DNA of 59,459 nt, counting the filler, from Sphacelaria rigidula (taxonomy: Eukaryota), in assembly GCA_964200075.2 (NCBI GenBank). It is 9 parts of 9 records of this genome, joined end to end, with 100 filler letters (N's around TTAATTAATTAA, not from the genome) between each part and the next. Parts side by side here need not be neighbours in the genome. Positions count along the whole stretch, not along the records: positions 33,091 to 39,608 come from CAXNAA020019592.1; positions 39,709 to 46,225 come from CAXNAA020019593.1; positions 46,326 to 52,842 come from CAXNAA020019594.1; 6 more parts are not named here. One strand, given 5' to 3'. Below the pieces are notes generated by a model, which saw nothing but the letters and a program-made list of their open reading frames with translations, searched no databases and was not told the DNA's origin. Position 1 is the first letter of the stretch. Every line of letters starts with the position of its first letter. Below, piece after piece: positions 33,836 through 47,543 of the stretch. The translations under genes were made by a program, and so were the position numbers.

Positions 33836-34292
33836 GCGAATCTGACGCGTGGGCTCGAGGAGCTGCGAAGGGAAAAGGATGCTCTGACGGCGGAGATATT
33901 GCAAGTGCTCGGCATACGGTGCGGTTTGTTTTTGCTTGCCATGTATTGCGTTGCGTTGTTTGTTGTATTTTTTCTTCTCTTATTTTCTTCCACGCGCCAT
34001 TTTGTATCTTGTGCTGAGCTTCATCGTCCATCTCTTGACATCACTGTACTGTACTATACTGTACTGTACATCAATTTTTGAAGTACACGGCTTGTACAAT
34101 TTCTTGTGCTTCCCGTCGTCCATATGCTATTTTGTCCACGTATTATACATGGGGAGTGCTGACCCACTCCGCGATACCAAAGTGTAAGCCGTGTTCCCCA
34201 GAGAGAGATGGTTTGATCCATTGAGACCACAGATTCGTCCCGAGAAGGGAGAAGGGAGGAGGAGATAAAAGTGATGAGAAAAATTTAGTATA

Positions 34293-34323
<31 letters not shown>

Positions 34324-36634
34324 ATACCCGTGTTGTCTTTCCTCTTGCCCGTTTCTTTGCAACCCTGCTTGGTGTAAATATGTATTCTGCCCTGTGAACC
34401 AACTCACCATTACTCACTTTTACGTAGACTGTTTCGATTTCGTAGACTGTTTTGTGGCAGTCCCGGACACTCTCTAACTCGCCAGCGTGCGCAGCACGGG
34501 TTTCTGCTAGAAATCCGCGCCGCGTGCAGCAGGCATCGATGATTTGAGCTCTGCAATCCCCACACTCTCATTATCTGAAAGTGAAGTTGACCCCCTTTTG
34601 CCTGAGAGTCTTGGGGTTATATTTGTGGACGTATTTTACTTTTCCAAGCAAATATTGATCATGACCTTTTTATCAGGCGGTCACGCGTCACCGATGAAAA
34701 TAAATGTTGATCATAACCCTTCGACCGCCAGGGCGCTTCATCTGCTGAATCGGGATAATGTTCGCTCGGACAGTGAGAGGTCGAAGGGGTTTATTGATCA
34801 CCCTCCGCCCTCCCCCCTTTCATCCGCGGAGTAGTCCGTTTTGCCACAGTTTTCCATTGATAGCGTGGTGTATCGATTTCATGGTAGGTACGGCATGGTT
34901 GCTTCCGCGGTGAAAAAGTAGATCTCGTCGTGGTCAACAAGCGTGGATTGAGTTGTAATTTTTCACTTTTTCGAACCTGTAGGTGGGTAACCTGCTGGTA
35001 GGTCATATGTTGAAGCGTCATGACTTTCACTCGGAAAGTGATCGGAAGACCCAGACGATTCGCCCGGCCGGTCGAAGGGTTAATATATACTGGTATTGTG
35101 ATAATCACGCCCTCATATGCGCGAAACCCCCGCCGAAATAATCCTCACAAAGACCCCCTCACATGAAGGCCACTCCTTTACACGAGTAGTAGGCATGTGG
35201 TATTTACCACGCCCGATTGGATGTTATTATTCCCATACCGCCGGGTCGTTTGTAGCTCAAACCCTCGGGCCGTGTGTTACCGAGACAAGAAAAAGAGGCG
35301 GGTAGAGAGAGCGATCCAATCGGCATTTCTTGTGCTGCTTGTTCTGTGACTTATCGTGCCGCTGGGCCATAACCTGAATCCGTACAGCCCACAAGTTACA
35401 ATACATAGCGACGATTAGAGTCACCTCTCTTGCATGACGTACCGACCTACCTCATAGAGCGGCAAACATGAGTTCGTGGGGCATGGCATGGACCGCTGCC
35501 GTCATGGTGTGATGCAGTCAGTGGCGGGGTTCGAGTTTCACGCCGTGTTTGTACATTTTTGTCGTTGGGAGCATCGATGTGAAAACTCGACCCCGTCACC
35601 AGTTACAGCAAAGCATGGCGGTCATGACCCACGTCATGCCCCAAGGCATGAGGTGCTTCCAGACAGTAGTATAATAGGTGTGTCGACACGTGGTGCAAGA
35701 GCGTTGACTCTAATCGTCGCCATGTCTTGGACGTTGCTGGTTGAGAGGCCGTGTTTTACCGAGGTCATGTAAAGCCTTTGGGAAGGAAACAAGCGTCCGA
35801 AAGTAGCGTGTTGATTAGTCGCCGCAACCTTGGAACCACCCGGTGATCAATCAACATGCTGGTTTTTGACGCATGTTCCTCTCTCTACCCGCCTCTTTGT
35901 CATGTTGTCTCGATGACACACGGCCCGAGGACTTGAGCTACAAACGGCCCGGCGGTATGGCAACACAGAAAAAGCGGCATAAATATATCAATGACTAAAT
36001 TATGCGATCAATTATCCAATCGAGAACGAAATCAACGTCCATCCCTGTGATTAGAACCGGTCCAATATGCCATGAAAGATGAAGATAAAATAGAACCGAA
36101 TATCAGAACAATATGTGCCTCAACGCCTGTTGTCATGTGTCCGGGACAAAAGGGTCCCTTGTTACATGGAACATAGGACTGAATGAGAATTTCCCCTCTT
36201 CATTTCATGGTGTGACGCTTTTGTTTTGTATCGATGTCGATATTTTATATTTTTTACAACAGTCGCAGCTGTTGCATGCATCTGTGTTGAACCCAGCGTC
36301 GGGCAGCGGGCTGCTGTTTTTTTTTCTTCCCTCGCTCGTCGTTACGGTCTCTAGTGCCGATTGTTGTGCAACACAGGATTTATTCATCATTCGTGAGACA
36401 ATGGGCACGGCCCGCCCAAAATAGTTGTCTACTGAAGCTCGCCTAGCCACCCAGTCGATACCCATTAAATGCGCACTGATTGTACAGTTGCTAGTGTACT
36501 TCGTTCTGTTGTACCGACTGTGTTGTTTTTGTTCATGGCGGCATCACTTCACCAGAAGTACGCACAAGGCCATGCCCTCACACCTCGCACGCATGTCCGC
36601 GGTTTCATTGCAACAGTGGTACAGGGTGCTGGGG
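33836..36634 (+). CDS. Two putative exons of an unidentified protein (coiled-coil-like)
   Basis: CAG|33836-33918|GT gives ANLTRGLEELRREKDALTAEILQVLGI (phase 2). CAG|36556-36634|GT continues in phase as RSTHKAMPSHLARMSAVSLQQWYRVLG. No family was recognised. Confidence 0.3.
35238..35955. mobile_element. MITE with ~75-bp TIRs and TA flanks (Tc1/mariner-like)
   Basis: TA|CCGCCGGGTCGTTTGTAGCTCAA...GAGGCGGGTAGAGAGAG versus CTCTCTCTACCCGCCTC...TTGAGCTACAAACGGCCCGGCGG|TA. Confidence 0.8.
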
Positions 36635-37539
36635 GTGAATGTGATATGGACGCGAATACTGCTCTCCAAAGTCGGAGCTAGGCGCGATGGATCTCATCCG
36701 CTATAATATACCGAACTTCGGTCTCACATTACCAAAATAGGAACACTTCCGCTTTACACACACACACACACACACACACACCCCGCGCGCAAGAAAAAAA
36801 GAGCTCCGCGGGCGAAACTGTCGCTCGGAGATATTATTCCAAGATTGGATGTCGCTCTCGTCGACTTCTGTCCGTTTGACCGCCAGGGCGGGTCATTCGT
36901 GTATCATACTCGTACTCGTGGTCACTTTTTCCAAGTGAAAATGAAAAATAGTACTGTTGGATTAAGCCAAATGACCCACTCTGGGCTGTCGAGAGTCGAG
37001 AGGCTTCGAAAAAACAAAATCAGTGTAAATTCTTCAGACGATCATGTCTTGATCCTCTCTCACCCGTCACATTTTCAAGTGAAGATGAAGATGATGCTGA
37101 TCAAACGATGACCAACCACCCTGGCGACCAAAGGATCAATCCTAAATCCTTTACCTTCACCGCCACCAGGGCGGATCATTATTGAGAGATCTCGAAGTAC
37201 ATTATTTTTCTGTTTTCGAGAGGAAATGATGGCGACTTGACCCTTAGAGGGCGAGGGTAGGTCACTCGCTGAATCGGTATCAATATTCACTTGAAAAGGT
37301 ACGCGTGGTCCAGGTGGACTACCCGCACCGCGGTCCGAGGGAATATATATATATATATATATATACATGTACATATATGGGGCCACTCACCACACCTTTT
37401 ATTATGACCGAAGTTGCGCCAGTCTTGTTTAATTCGAGAGCCCAAGTCTTTTGAATTTGAGAGCGCTACCACGTATGGGTTTTTGCTAAAGCACAGCCTC
37501 TACTTGTACCGTAGGTGGTAGTATTGTCGTACTTTGTAA

Positions 37540-38870
37540 ACACTGCTTTATACCCTGCTGTGTACATTCGTGCTGTACTGTGCTGTTGCACTGATCACAA
37601 TTCGAACCGTCAATCTGCAGTTTAACGAGCTATACTATGTACGAGCCACCGCTTTTTGGGGGGGGGCTTGTCCCTTCAGTCTGTGTGTCATGTCCTATGC
37701 ATCTGCATGCACCACATGCGAACAGCGAACTGTCCTCAAATCCTATTCATACAGTCAAAGAGGTGTAGAACCATAGACAGAACCGACAACACCGCCGCAA
37801 AATGTGAGGCTGCCTCCCGCGCTTAACTACAAATGACGGTATACTTCGTACTATGTTTACAAAGTACAGCCTGTACTTGCAACGCACTGTATCGTGCACT
37901 ACCCTGGTGTTGCACTATACGAGTACTACCGTGTGTTGCACTGACCCCGTTTCATCCGTCAAATCTGCATCGTCATCGGCTGCACCGCCACTACCGTGAA
38001 TTCACTCTGTCCCACAATATAAGGTCGGTTCCAGTTGAGCGTGTTGCGAATGGTTTGAAACTGCCATCCTTCGTGACAATACTTTTGCAACAATTATAAG
38101 GCGGCCTGACGCCAAAGTCCCACCTGGAACGTGGGGATGGTTCGTATCTTTCCCCCCCCCCCCCCCGAGGATACCCGGGGACGGCAGAGATTTCTCCAGT
38201 AAGGCAACATGACTTTTTTCAAAACGCTCTTACGGGGCCAAGAAGTACTCTGTGGCACCATTTTTGTTGTTGTTGTTTCTCGTCTCTCTGGACTTCCACG
38301 CGAGTGCCTATTTTCTGTATTAGCGATGGTATCGGTGCACACCGAGTGAAATATCCAAAAGTAAAAAGCCCGTCTGACTTTGAGGCAAGAGGAGGGAACT
38401 CCAAAAAAAAAGAGTCAGTCATGCGGGGAACAAAACGTGGTCGTTGCGGGGCTCCAATCCGCGTCCAAAAATTCGACCTTGGGGTGGAGATATCGTGTTT
38501 TTGGTCCATATCGACCTTATATTATGGGACATTGGTTTCTACTACTGTACTACGGAACGAGTACAGGCTGTCCTCTGTAAACATAGTATTGTACGAGATA
38601 TACCGTCATTTGTAGGCGGGTCGGGAGGCAGCCTCGCGTTTCGCTGGTGTGTGTTATCGACTGTATGTGGTTCTACACCATCCTGACTAGGGTTCGTATA
38701 TATGGTACATGCAGATGCATAGGGCATGGCACACACACGGAAGGTACAGTACAAGGCCCCTCCAAAACTGCGGTAGCTTGTACATGGGGTAGCTGGTCAA
38801 GACGCAGATTGACGGCTCGAAGGGTGGTGAGTGCAACATTACAGTCCAGTACGGCACCGAGGTGGTGAAG
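37540..38870. repeat. Long diverged inverted repeat pair (~330-bp arms)
   Basis: ~37540-37890 is the imperfect reverse complement of ~38550-38870. Shared blocks are CCGTCAATCTGC, CCTATGCATCTGCATG, GGTGTAGAACCA, GAGGCTGCCTCCCG, TACAAATGACGGTATA and ACAGCCTGTACT. Confidence 0.75.
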
Positions 38871-39543
38871 CAGAGTATCAAGTAGTATTCACTATTTACT
38901 TTCTCCAACACATAAGTAAACTCGGTTATATTTATACGGGCCTGTGACCGTGTCTGATGACGTTAGCGATGATATTTTTGAAATTTTCGTCATTTTTTGT
39001 GTAAATCACCGTTTGTTTGTTTTTTTGGCGCAGCCTTTATCATGGCCCAGCGGCTGAAACAAAAGCAGTTGGCCCAGAAATGGACGTTTTCCCCCCGTTT
39101 TCCGGGAAAATAGGGGGGAAAAATATAAATCGGAAAAATGGCAAAAAACGCAAGAATATGCAAAAACATGCTTTGTTTTGCGCTTCATCACTGATGGACG
39201 ATACCTGCGCCTTGTCTGAAAGCGTGTAATCATGTTGTGGACTGCGTTCACCACAAACACAGGCAAAATTCGTCCAAATTCGGCCGAAAACGGTACAAAT
39301 TGGACGAAATCGACCTAAATTTGATCAAATTTAACCCACGATTTCTCTAGAACACCAACTCGGTTTTTTTCTTCTCGTCAGCATCTCCGTCACTGTATCT
39401 TCCCAAAGAATCTAACTACAGCATCTTACACGCTTCCGTTCAAAAGATATTATCTGTGCCCCATAACCGACTTTACCTATGTGTTGGAGGAAGTACAAAT
39501 ATTACGCAACCACTATCGCCATCATTCATCGATCAAGGGGTTT

Positions 39544-39574
<31 letters not shown>

Positions 39575-40439
39575 CCCCGACGAGCGTTTTGCACCAACAC
39601 GACCCCCCNNNNNNNNNNNNNNNNNNNNNNNNNNNNNNNNNNNNNNNNNNNNTTAATTAATTAANNNNNNNNNNNNNNNNNNNNNNNNNNNNNNNNNNNN
39701 NNNNNNNNGCGAGGTCAATGGTCCTATGAATATGGCATGCGTGATCATGAGTACACCCCCCTCACCCCCACGCACACACATACACATATCCTACACGCAC
39801 ATCTACCAGTTGCATAAGCGTGCACGGTCGGTTGCCGTTTGACTCGTGAAGCACTACATGTTCGCGTTCGCAGCGCAGCGGCCGGTATCCTTCATTCTCA
39901 CTGAATGTTGAACGTTGCATATGGGTAGACACAGCCAAGGGTCGCCGTACGCGAGACGGCACTACTGGTGGCCTGACTCTTGTGTTTGCTCTACAGGTGA
40001 CCCGCCTACACAGTACTGCTGTAGTGCCGCGTATACTGCGTTATACCACACGCTAACAAAACCAACAGCTATTTAGGAACATCACTCACTACTACAGTAC
40101 AATACATTTCGCCATGCCAAAGCGAAACCAACAAAAAGTCCTTTCCCAGATTCACCGCCGCCAATACACCATGCATAATGTCGCTTCAAGCTACGTGCAT
40201 TGATGGGGGGATTGAAAGATAAATACATCGCACATCGCACATCGAATGGTTCCCTAGGGAACCAGCCGCGGCCACAAAAGAAGACGTACTATACGCAACA
40301 AAAGTATGTTCAACAAATGCCCGGTGACTCACATAGTCAGTAAGTAACAACGCTGTATATTACGTGTACAGATCAACAGGCGTAGTCCTGACGAGCAAAT
40401 GTAATGTGCCACAATGCTACCCTTCAGTACGTGCTGCAC

Positions 40440-43400
40440 CTTCTGGTCGCCGCTTTCCCCATCAGCACCTCGCTCGAGATTCCTCATCGACTCCTCTTCT
40501 TTTATGGCCCACTCTTGAGACGAGGCCCGCTTGTCCGTCCACGCTACATTTTTCGAGCCACTCGACCCCGAAAATTCCCCCCGTTCTTTCTCCGGGGAGC
40601 TCTCCTACCACCAGAACCCCGGCCGCACACCGACAACACCGACAGTATCGCGCGGGTGCCGAAACAGAACGAAGTACAATAGGACGTATGTGGTGGACAA
40701 TGCTTGCCAGAGAAGAGAACACAGTTGAAGCGAACGCTGGGGTTTCCAGTGAAACAACAAAAAAATCACGTGTTTTCTTGTCGGGTGATGTCCGTGGCGT
40801 TGACTGCGCGAAGGCGCACATAAGCAAGACAGCGATACGGAACTAAGGTTGCATTTAGGCATATTGGATATCAGGGGTGTCATTACAAGCATGAACGTTC
40901 ACCGATGACACCGACACACGCGTGCGCAGTAGCTCGTAGTCGTGCTGGCGCCGCATATCGTGCACAACCCCAATGACGAAAAATAAACGATATACTCAGT
41001 GACAAATAGAACACAGCGCAGTGGGACAAACAACAGAAATCGGTGTACCATCAATGTATATGAGGACGTTATTACCCTTCATAGAACTGCTTGATCCCCA
41101 CCACCCAGGGTTTGCAGAGCAAAACAGCACGTCCTTCAAAACGTTTTTCGTCACTTTTTCCCTCTGGTGAAACAAGCGCTGAAATCATACCTCCTTCATT
41201 TCGGCGTCGAAGTTTGCCATCTCCTCATCCTCCTGCACCTTCGACACCCTACGCCAAAAGAATTGGTCAAGCTCCTCTACTTCCTTTGCCCGACGTAGCA
41301 CCTTCTCGTCCGCGGCAAGAGCCTGAAGCGAAGCAAAAAACGAGAGGATGAGTCAGGAATTTCAATTGAGCTATATATCCTTTTACAGCGATTACCGGAA
41401 GACAATTTACTTGCGGGTTAACTGGTCATTCTGGATTTTATCGTGGCCGTCCCGTCCCGATGGTCTCACTGAGTACAACTAATACCTGTTATGTCGGATG
41501 GTTGAGGATTCGAATCCCGCCAGGTGTGCGTGTGGTTGTCAATCTGAAGAGTGTAGATGTCTGATTTTCGTTGTTGACAAGGTGAGGATGTGAGTAACAA
41601 AGACAATATTCATGTGATTCATGTGACTCATGTCACGACGGTTATTTGAGGTGGTGCGGGGGCGCTAACCTGATTCGCGATACCAAAGTGTAAGGCGCGT
41701 GCGGCGGGAGAGATGGGCGGATATTCCTTGAGCAATACGGGCTCGTCCCGAGGAGGAGGGGGGGGGCGTACTTATTTGTTGCTTGCCTTCATCGTTTGAC
41801 CGTTGACCACGCATCCCTTTCGAGACGGCAATAGGAGGAGGGTGAAAGTATGACGAACGAAAAAGAAAAAGAGAAACACAGCTGTGGGTATTTGATTCAG
41901 GACTGCTTGAGATTATTTGGAGACACAGCAGGTACTGTAGCGAGAAATACGGTGATTCCAAGCTGCCAACACCAGCAGCGGGAGCAAAACCTGCCTAAAA
42001 TGGAAGCACCACACGATAAGGGAGAGCCGCGGGGAGGCAATTCATTAGCCGTTGGAACGAAAAGCCTACGGTAAAGGTGCAATCGTGGCCTCACTTGGAA
42101 AAAAGACGAAGCCGTGCGATACTGCAGGGATGAAACGAGGGAACGATCGGGAGAGACGCTGCTCAAGCAGCCGTCGCCGCCGCATGTTGTGACTGAATCG
42201 GCGAACTGTCGAGTTCACGACCAACAACGCTAGTATGGTTGCCAATCAAAAATGCGACAGTGCACCCGGTCGCCACTCTTTTTTGCGTGGGCTAGCGCGC
42301 GTCAGATCAGATCTCAATCAAGGACAAGCGGCCAAATCTTGTCACATGAGGCAACACTTGTCAAGTGCAAAAGCTGCGACGTTGAGTTGACGCCCAACGA
42401 AAAGCATACTCACAGAGGAGGGGGGGGGGGAGGGGGAGGGGGGAATATTTTTCTTGGTTGCAGTCGAGAACACCGCTTTTACGCACGGAATACCCAGCCA
42501 TCAAAGGTGAAACATGGCTCTACACGGAAACCTCGACGGGTTTCCACACATCATATCTTGATCGAAGAAGCGCATGATTCTCCGCTATAGCCAGTGAGCA
42601 TGACAAATGGAGTTCCTGCAGTACTTCCGTGTGTACTGGTGTGTCAAATATCACCTGACGCGAAATGTCTAGTTCAAACATAGAAAACCGAATGTAGAGC
42701 CTTGGAGATCAAACACGCAACGATTCCAAACATATGACAGCATTCATACTATGATTCCGTGCTACACAACAACTCACCTTCATGGAGCTCGCCGACAGTC
42801 CGCACCGATAGCCGTAAACCGCCCGATTTCTCTCATCATGGGGTAAGACCAGAGCCCACACTCGCTCAGGATTTAGGATGAACAAAGTAAAAGCAGGGCG
42901 CCGGTTTCTTCTCTGGAGGCTGTCAAAGGATGGATCCTTGTCGCCTTCATCATCTCCCCCGTTGAGAGCATCGACGAGAGAGTTTAGGAGACGTTCCATG
43001 TGCCAGGAAGGCATGTACAGTTTTCTCGTCCCTGATCCATCATCGGTGAGGTCACTCATATCGCCCGATCCTGCATCCTCGCTCCGTAGATGCGCGCGCA
43101 TGTGCGCCTCTACCACTCGGCGCACCTTTTGGTCAACTTCCACCACATCGAACTGGTACGCATATTGCACGGCGGGTCCGGCTTCTCGACGGGACCTCGA
43201 GGAAGACGACCGTCCCTCAGTAGTCGTTCGGTCCTGGTCGGTAGCGGCGACGTGACTCACCACGCTGATGGCATGTTTCAGCCACAGCTCCATGGTCTCG
43301 TGCGGGACATCCAGTACGGTCTCGTGCGTTTTCTACCAAGATGCGGGCGCGAAGTCGATCGAAGGTGTGCGGGCGTGGAAAGGGCCCAGCGTGGCAAGCG

Positions 43401-45153
43401 GTCAAATATCGCCACAAGCAATGAATAGGCGAAAATGAACCCACGGTGCCTGGCACGTACAATAAGTCCCGAGTCGCAGTCTGGTTCGCGTTAGGGGCGG
43501 CAGCAAATGATGACTTGTTGAATACAAAATGCCGTTTGCCATGTTGCGGCGGTGAAGCTCAGATGAGCCCACATGGACATTGTTTTTTCAAGGCAAATAT
43601 TAATGCAATGTTTCGTGCCTACTTGCATGAAGAGGGGCATACTTGGGCACACCAATGTATATATATCAACGAGAGTGCAAGAGCCCACATTACAAGTTGT
43701 AGAGATATCTACAGCAATGTCCGATCACCCCGTTTGTTCAGCGATGCCGTTTCTTCTCGTGTTACTCCCGCCTGTACTGCCATTCATAACGGGTCTTAGG
43801 GGTGATCCCTCATAACTTCTTCTGTGAAAATACTGGACCGCTATCAGTTGCGCTGTGACTGTACTAACCTTACTACCTCTCACGAATCATCAATATGCTA
43901 GACATTTCGAGGGTTCACAAACACTATTAATAGCCCCGCATTCATCCTCACGGTTAAAAAAACGTATCCTTTTCACCCCTTTCACTCCTCATCCACACCA
44001 AAATCGCCAGTTCGCCATGCAGGTGGCCAGATTCGATCATGCGATTCCGACTCGTAACAGCATGTCGGCAAAATGAAGAGCGCGTTTTCCCTATGTACAA
44101 TTATCCCGCATATGTACTACCGCAATATATGCAAACAAAACATGGTTGGGCCATATCGCATCAGTCTCGATACTTTCGGGATTGTGCGTGGAGAACCTCG
44201 AGCATGTCTGGGTGGTGCACTGTAGAGGATATCATTCGTCCGAGTACCATCAGTACAGTACAGTACAGTGATTGGCCACGACATTTCACCTACAGCATGA
44301 CGATTTGGACAGCCTTAATACAGGTGAGCATCACCACGAACTTAAACTATGTGAGCTGACTCGTAAATCAAACTGGGAGGACAAAACTTGCCGGTTCCTC
44401 GCAATTTTGATTCTGTAGTATCAGACGGTAACCGAATGGTACCATGTGTGCTTATAAGAACTACCCCTTCGCTGTGGGAGTGGCCACGTGGGTCTATTTT
44501 TACGCCTACAGGATCACGCGCTTTGTTGGTCGGCGACTTCTCCGCTTGTTTCCTGATTATTCTATAGTCCTCGGAATCTGATTTCTTACGCCTGCCCCCT
44601 TCCACCCTGTTCACCCGCAGGATTGCTATTCTGAGAGGAGGCTCGAAGCGAAAGAATCATACCACCATTCGTTACCATTACCACAAGCTTACCTCGAATC
44701 CTATCGGTACCAAATCAACCCTGATGTCCAACAAGATGGGTTTTTCGGTCTCCAGATCCGGATATTCCAGTGTCACCGCATCTGGCCCCTCATTTCGCTC
44801 TCGCGAGCTCTTCGAGTTGCTGTAGCGAGGGGAGACAAACAGCGAAGTTGGGGCGAGCGCGAATAACTGAACGCTATCAGAGCATTGTTGTTTGTTGACA
44901 TATTTCGTAGACTAAACTCATCAATCTCAACGTCAGCTGCGCAACACTGGATGTTGATAGGGTATAGTGCGGATCGGAAAAAAAAAAAAACGAACATATC
45001 AGGGTACACGCCCGGCGGTAATACAGCATGGGCAGGTTCGCAATACCATGCCGTAGCCGCGGACCGCACGCCAATTGAAGACCATAGATGGCAGAGTATA
45101 ACACCCCTTGAAATCAGCCTCGATTTGATCAAACACTGCGAGGGTGCCATCAT
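40440..45153 (-). CDS. Uncharacterised conserved protein (motifs recall plant At4g16180-type proteins), N-terminal part, 5 exons
   Basis: Exons 45153-45047 (putative first, less certain), 44819-44693, 43332-42778, 41322-41191 and 40604-40440 are AG/GT-flanked and phase-consistent. Motifs include ILLDIRVDLVPIGFE, METMELWLKH-like segment HETMELWLKH, FTLFILNP...YGYRCGLS and WTD....EW. The family assignment is from memory. Confidence 0.7.
41445..41530 (+). mobile_element. Degenerate tRNA-like SINE head in an intron
   Basis: GTCCCGATGGTCTCACTGAG...GATTCGAATCCCGCC (B-box-like). It does not form a clean cloverleaf. Confidence 0.35.
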
Positions 45154-45929
45154 CAAACGTTGTGCCGTTCGGAACGTCTCGTCGCGATTTCGTGGAGATC
45201 CCTTAGGCGGCGAATCCCCCGCAGGTAAGCTCAGATGACAAATACCACATTTGGGGTTCAGAACAGCTTTTTCTTCAAAAACCAAAACGCCGTTCATTCA
45301 CAAAAATATAGATGATGGGGCATATATGTATATACATTAGAGCTCGGAAATGGTACCAGTAATAACTGGCCATCATCATCATAATGGTAATAATGATAAT
45401 GGTTATATGAAAATTTTGGATAATGGTTTGAAACCACTATTTACCGAGATTTATGCTCCGTTACCGACTACGTATGCTACATTCAGCACAGTTACAACAG
45501 ACAGTACAGAACATACATTGCATTGCCCTTGCTTTTGTTTTGTTCTGTGCTTTTTTTGGCCTATCAGTGAATAAATGTTGGAAAACCAATGAATCAACTA
45601 ATTGTGTGCATCTGGTGCATCTGCGCTTGTGTAGCTTGTCGCCGTGTTCCGACACCAACTCAGCAATCGCTAACTGGCCGCCTTCTTGCTGAACAATTTT
45701 TGCGCTGTAGATCTCAGGCGGTGCACAGCATACCCATGGTGCTCTGCCACGTTGCCTGTCTCAAGCTCGCGGCCAGCCTAAACCATCGATGGCTCGTACT
45801 TCAGTTCTGTTTTTCTTCGATAAAAAATAAAAAAAAAAGACCAGAAAAAACGGTCCTATTCATATTCGGCACAAATTTAAAACGGGCAAAAAACAATTAA
45901 CCGAAATTCCAAGCCGAATTCGCTATGGT

Positions 45930-46225
45930 TTCGTGTGTGTGTGTTGTCGTCTCATCTATTCTGGACGCCGATGTACACCTTTCGGTATTTGTGAGCGCAA
46001 CAGCCGGGGTCACACAGGAGGAAGGTCAACACAGGAGTTTCTTGTTTGTTTTTAGTACCCCAACTCCCTTCTGCGGTGCTTGCCTTTTTTATTCTTTATC
46101 GGGAGCGGGGTTCAGCAGTCCCTTTCCCTCGTCGACCGTTTAGTCGAATTCTGTGTATCCACGACATAGTCGCTCTCCACTGTTGGGCATGGTGTGAGAA
46201 AAGATCCCAGATCGCCCTTAGCTTT
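45930..46225 (-). mobile_element. SINE family A, body and tail
   Basis: CCCTTCTGCGGTGCTTGCCTTT...GGGGTTCAGCAGTCCCTTT...GTCGCTCTCCACTGTTG matches 33118-33265. Confidence 0.75.
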
Positions 46226-47007
46226 NNNNNNNNNNNNNNNNNNNNNNNNNNNNNNNNNNNNNNNNNNNNTTAATTAATTAANNNNNNNNNNNNNNNNNNN
46301 NNNNNNNNNNNNNNNNNNNNNNNNNGGAATGGCGTAAAAGTTGCGTAGATATCCCTTGGACCAGCGATCAACTCTTTTCTCCCTTCTGGGCAATCAGGCC
46401 GAAAAAATCGTGAATTTGCTGATTTCGAGTCGTGATGATTTGTCCTAACCGTGCCAGCTTTCGTCACCGGAAAAACGTCATTTCGAGTTCGGTGCACAAA
46501 TCTGTCACATTAGCATACTTGGACTTGGAGCGGTGCACTGTTTTGATGGGCTGCATCATCCACAGTTACAGAAAAACCACCACATCTTGCCCAAGAAAGC
46601 GTCACTTGTAAACCGTCATTTCTCTATCAACGGTTGCGAAAGGTTTATCCTCGGAAACTGACTGTTGCACATGGACTCATCACAGATTCAGCAAAGATGC
46701 CTCACCACAACTCAGTTTTAAGACACTACGGTAAGAAACAACATAGACCAAGATGAATGGACAATCAAGACCGGCCACTAGAACCTTGACGTAAAAGGCA
46801 AGCCTCGGCCTGTGCAACGCAGCTCGAGGAACATGTCAGCGCTCCGAGGATACATTCCGGTGCTATTTATTGAACAAGAGCCACAGCACCACGACAGCGA
46901 TGCTTGCATCATCTCCCGATACCCGAATCTACGTTTTCATCACGCCTAACACCAACTTACGTGGCACACAAGATGTATACGATCCAAGGACATACATGAA
47001 ACTATAC

Positions 47008-47125
47008 TATGGAGAGTGGTTGCTGCTCACCACCCGCACGTGTTTGAGATTCAGAACATTATTTCGAGTCGTGTTCAGACCGCCCATGTAGCTCATTTGC
47101 GATTTTATGCAGACTCGCAGCTTAC
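47008..47125 (+). mobile_element. Isolated Gypsy integrase fragment
   Basis: ATGGAGAGTGGTTG...CACGTGTTTGAGAT...TTTTATGCAGACTC.CAGCT aligns to ~32455-32569. Confidence 0.8.
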
Positions 47126-47543
47126 TGCGCCCAGGGTTGGGATTGGTTTCTCTTTTTGAACCGGAACCTCTTGTACCGCTATTTTGCTGTAGAGTCAAAA
47201 ACCCAGAGAGAAACGAACAGCTAGATTACTGGCTGTATAGGATTCCAACACTGCCTTTACGGCACCAAATCTTCGTATGCGAATTAGGTGAAACTTCCGC
47301 GTTCTCGAGATGTTCTTCGACTACCCGGGATTGGGAGATAATCCACCACATCGTCAAGAAAACATTGGGTTTGCTGAGCGAACACAGAGTGACACTCTAC
47401 TTTCCGATACCCCCAGGTACTACTTTCGACCTTCTGACTTCTCAACCGTAACATGAAATTAATAAATTTCACCTGACGACATCCACAGGTAATACTTTCG
47501 ATATTGTCACTTCTTCACCGTGACATGATATCAATAATTTCAC

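Noticed and set aside
42095..42205. AG/GT-flanked open segment on the minus strand within the uncharacterised gene
   Set aside because: The flanking exons join sensibly without it (GLSASSMK-ALAADEK) and the peptide shows no family-like features. It cannot be excluded without RNA-seq.
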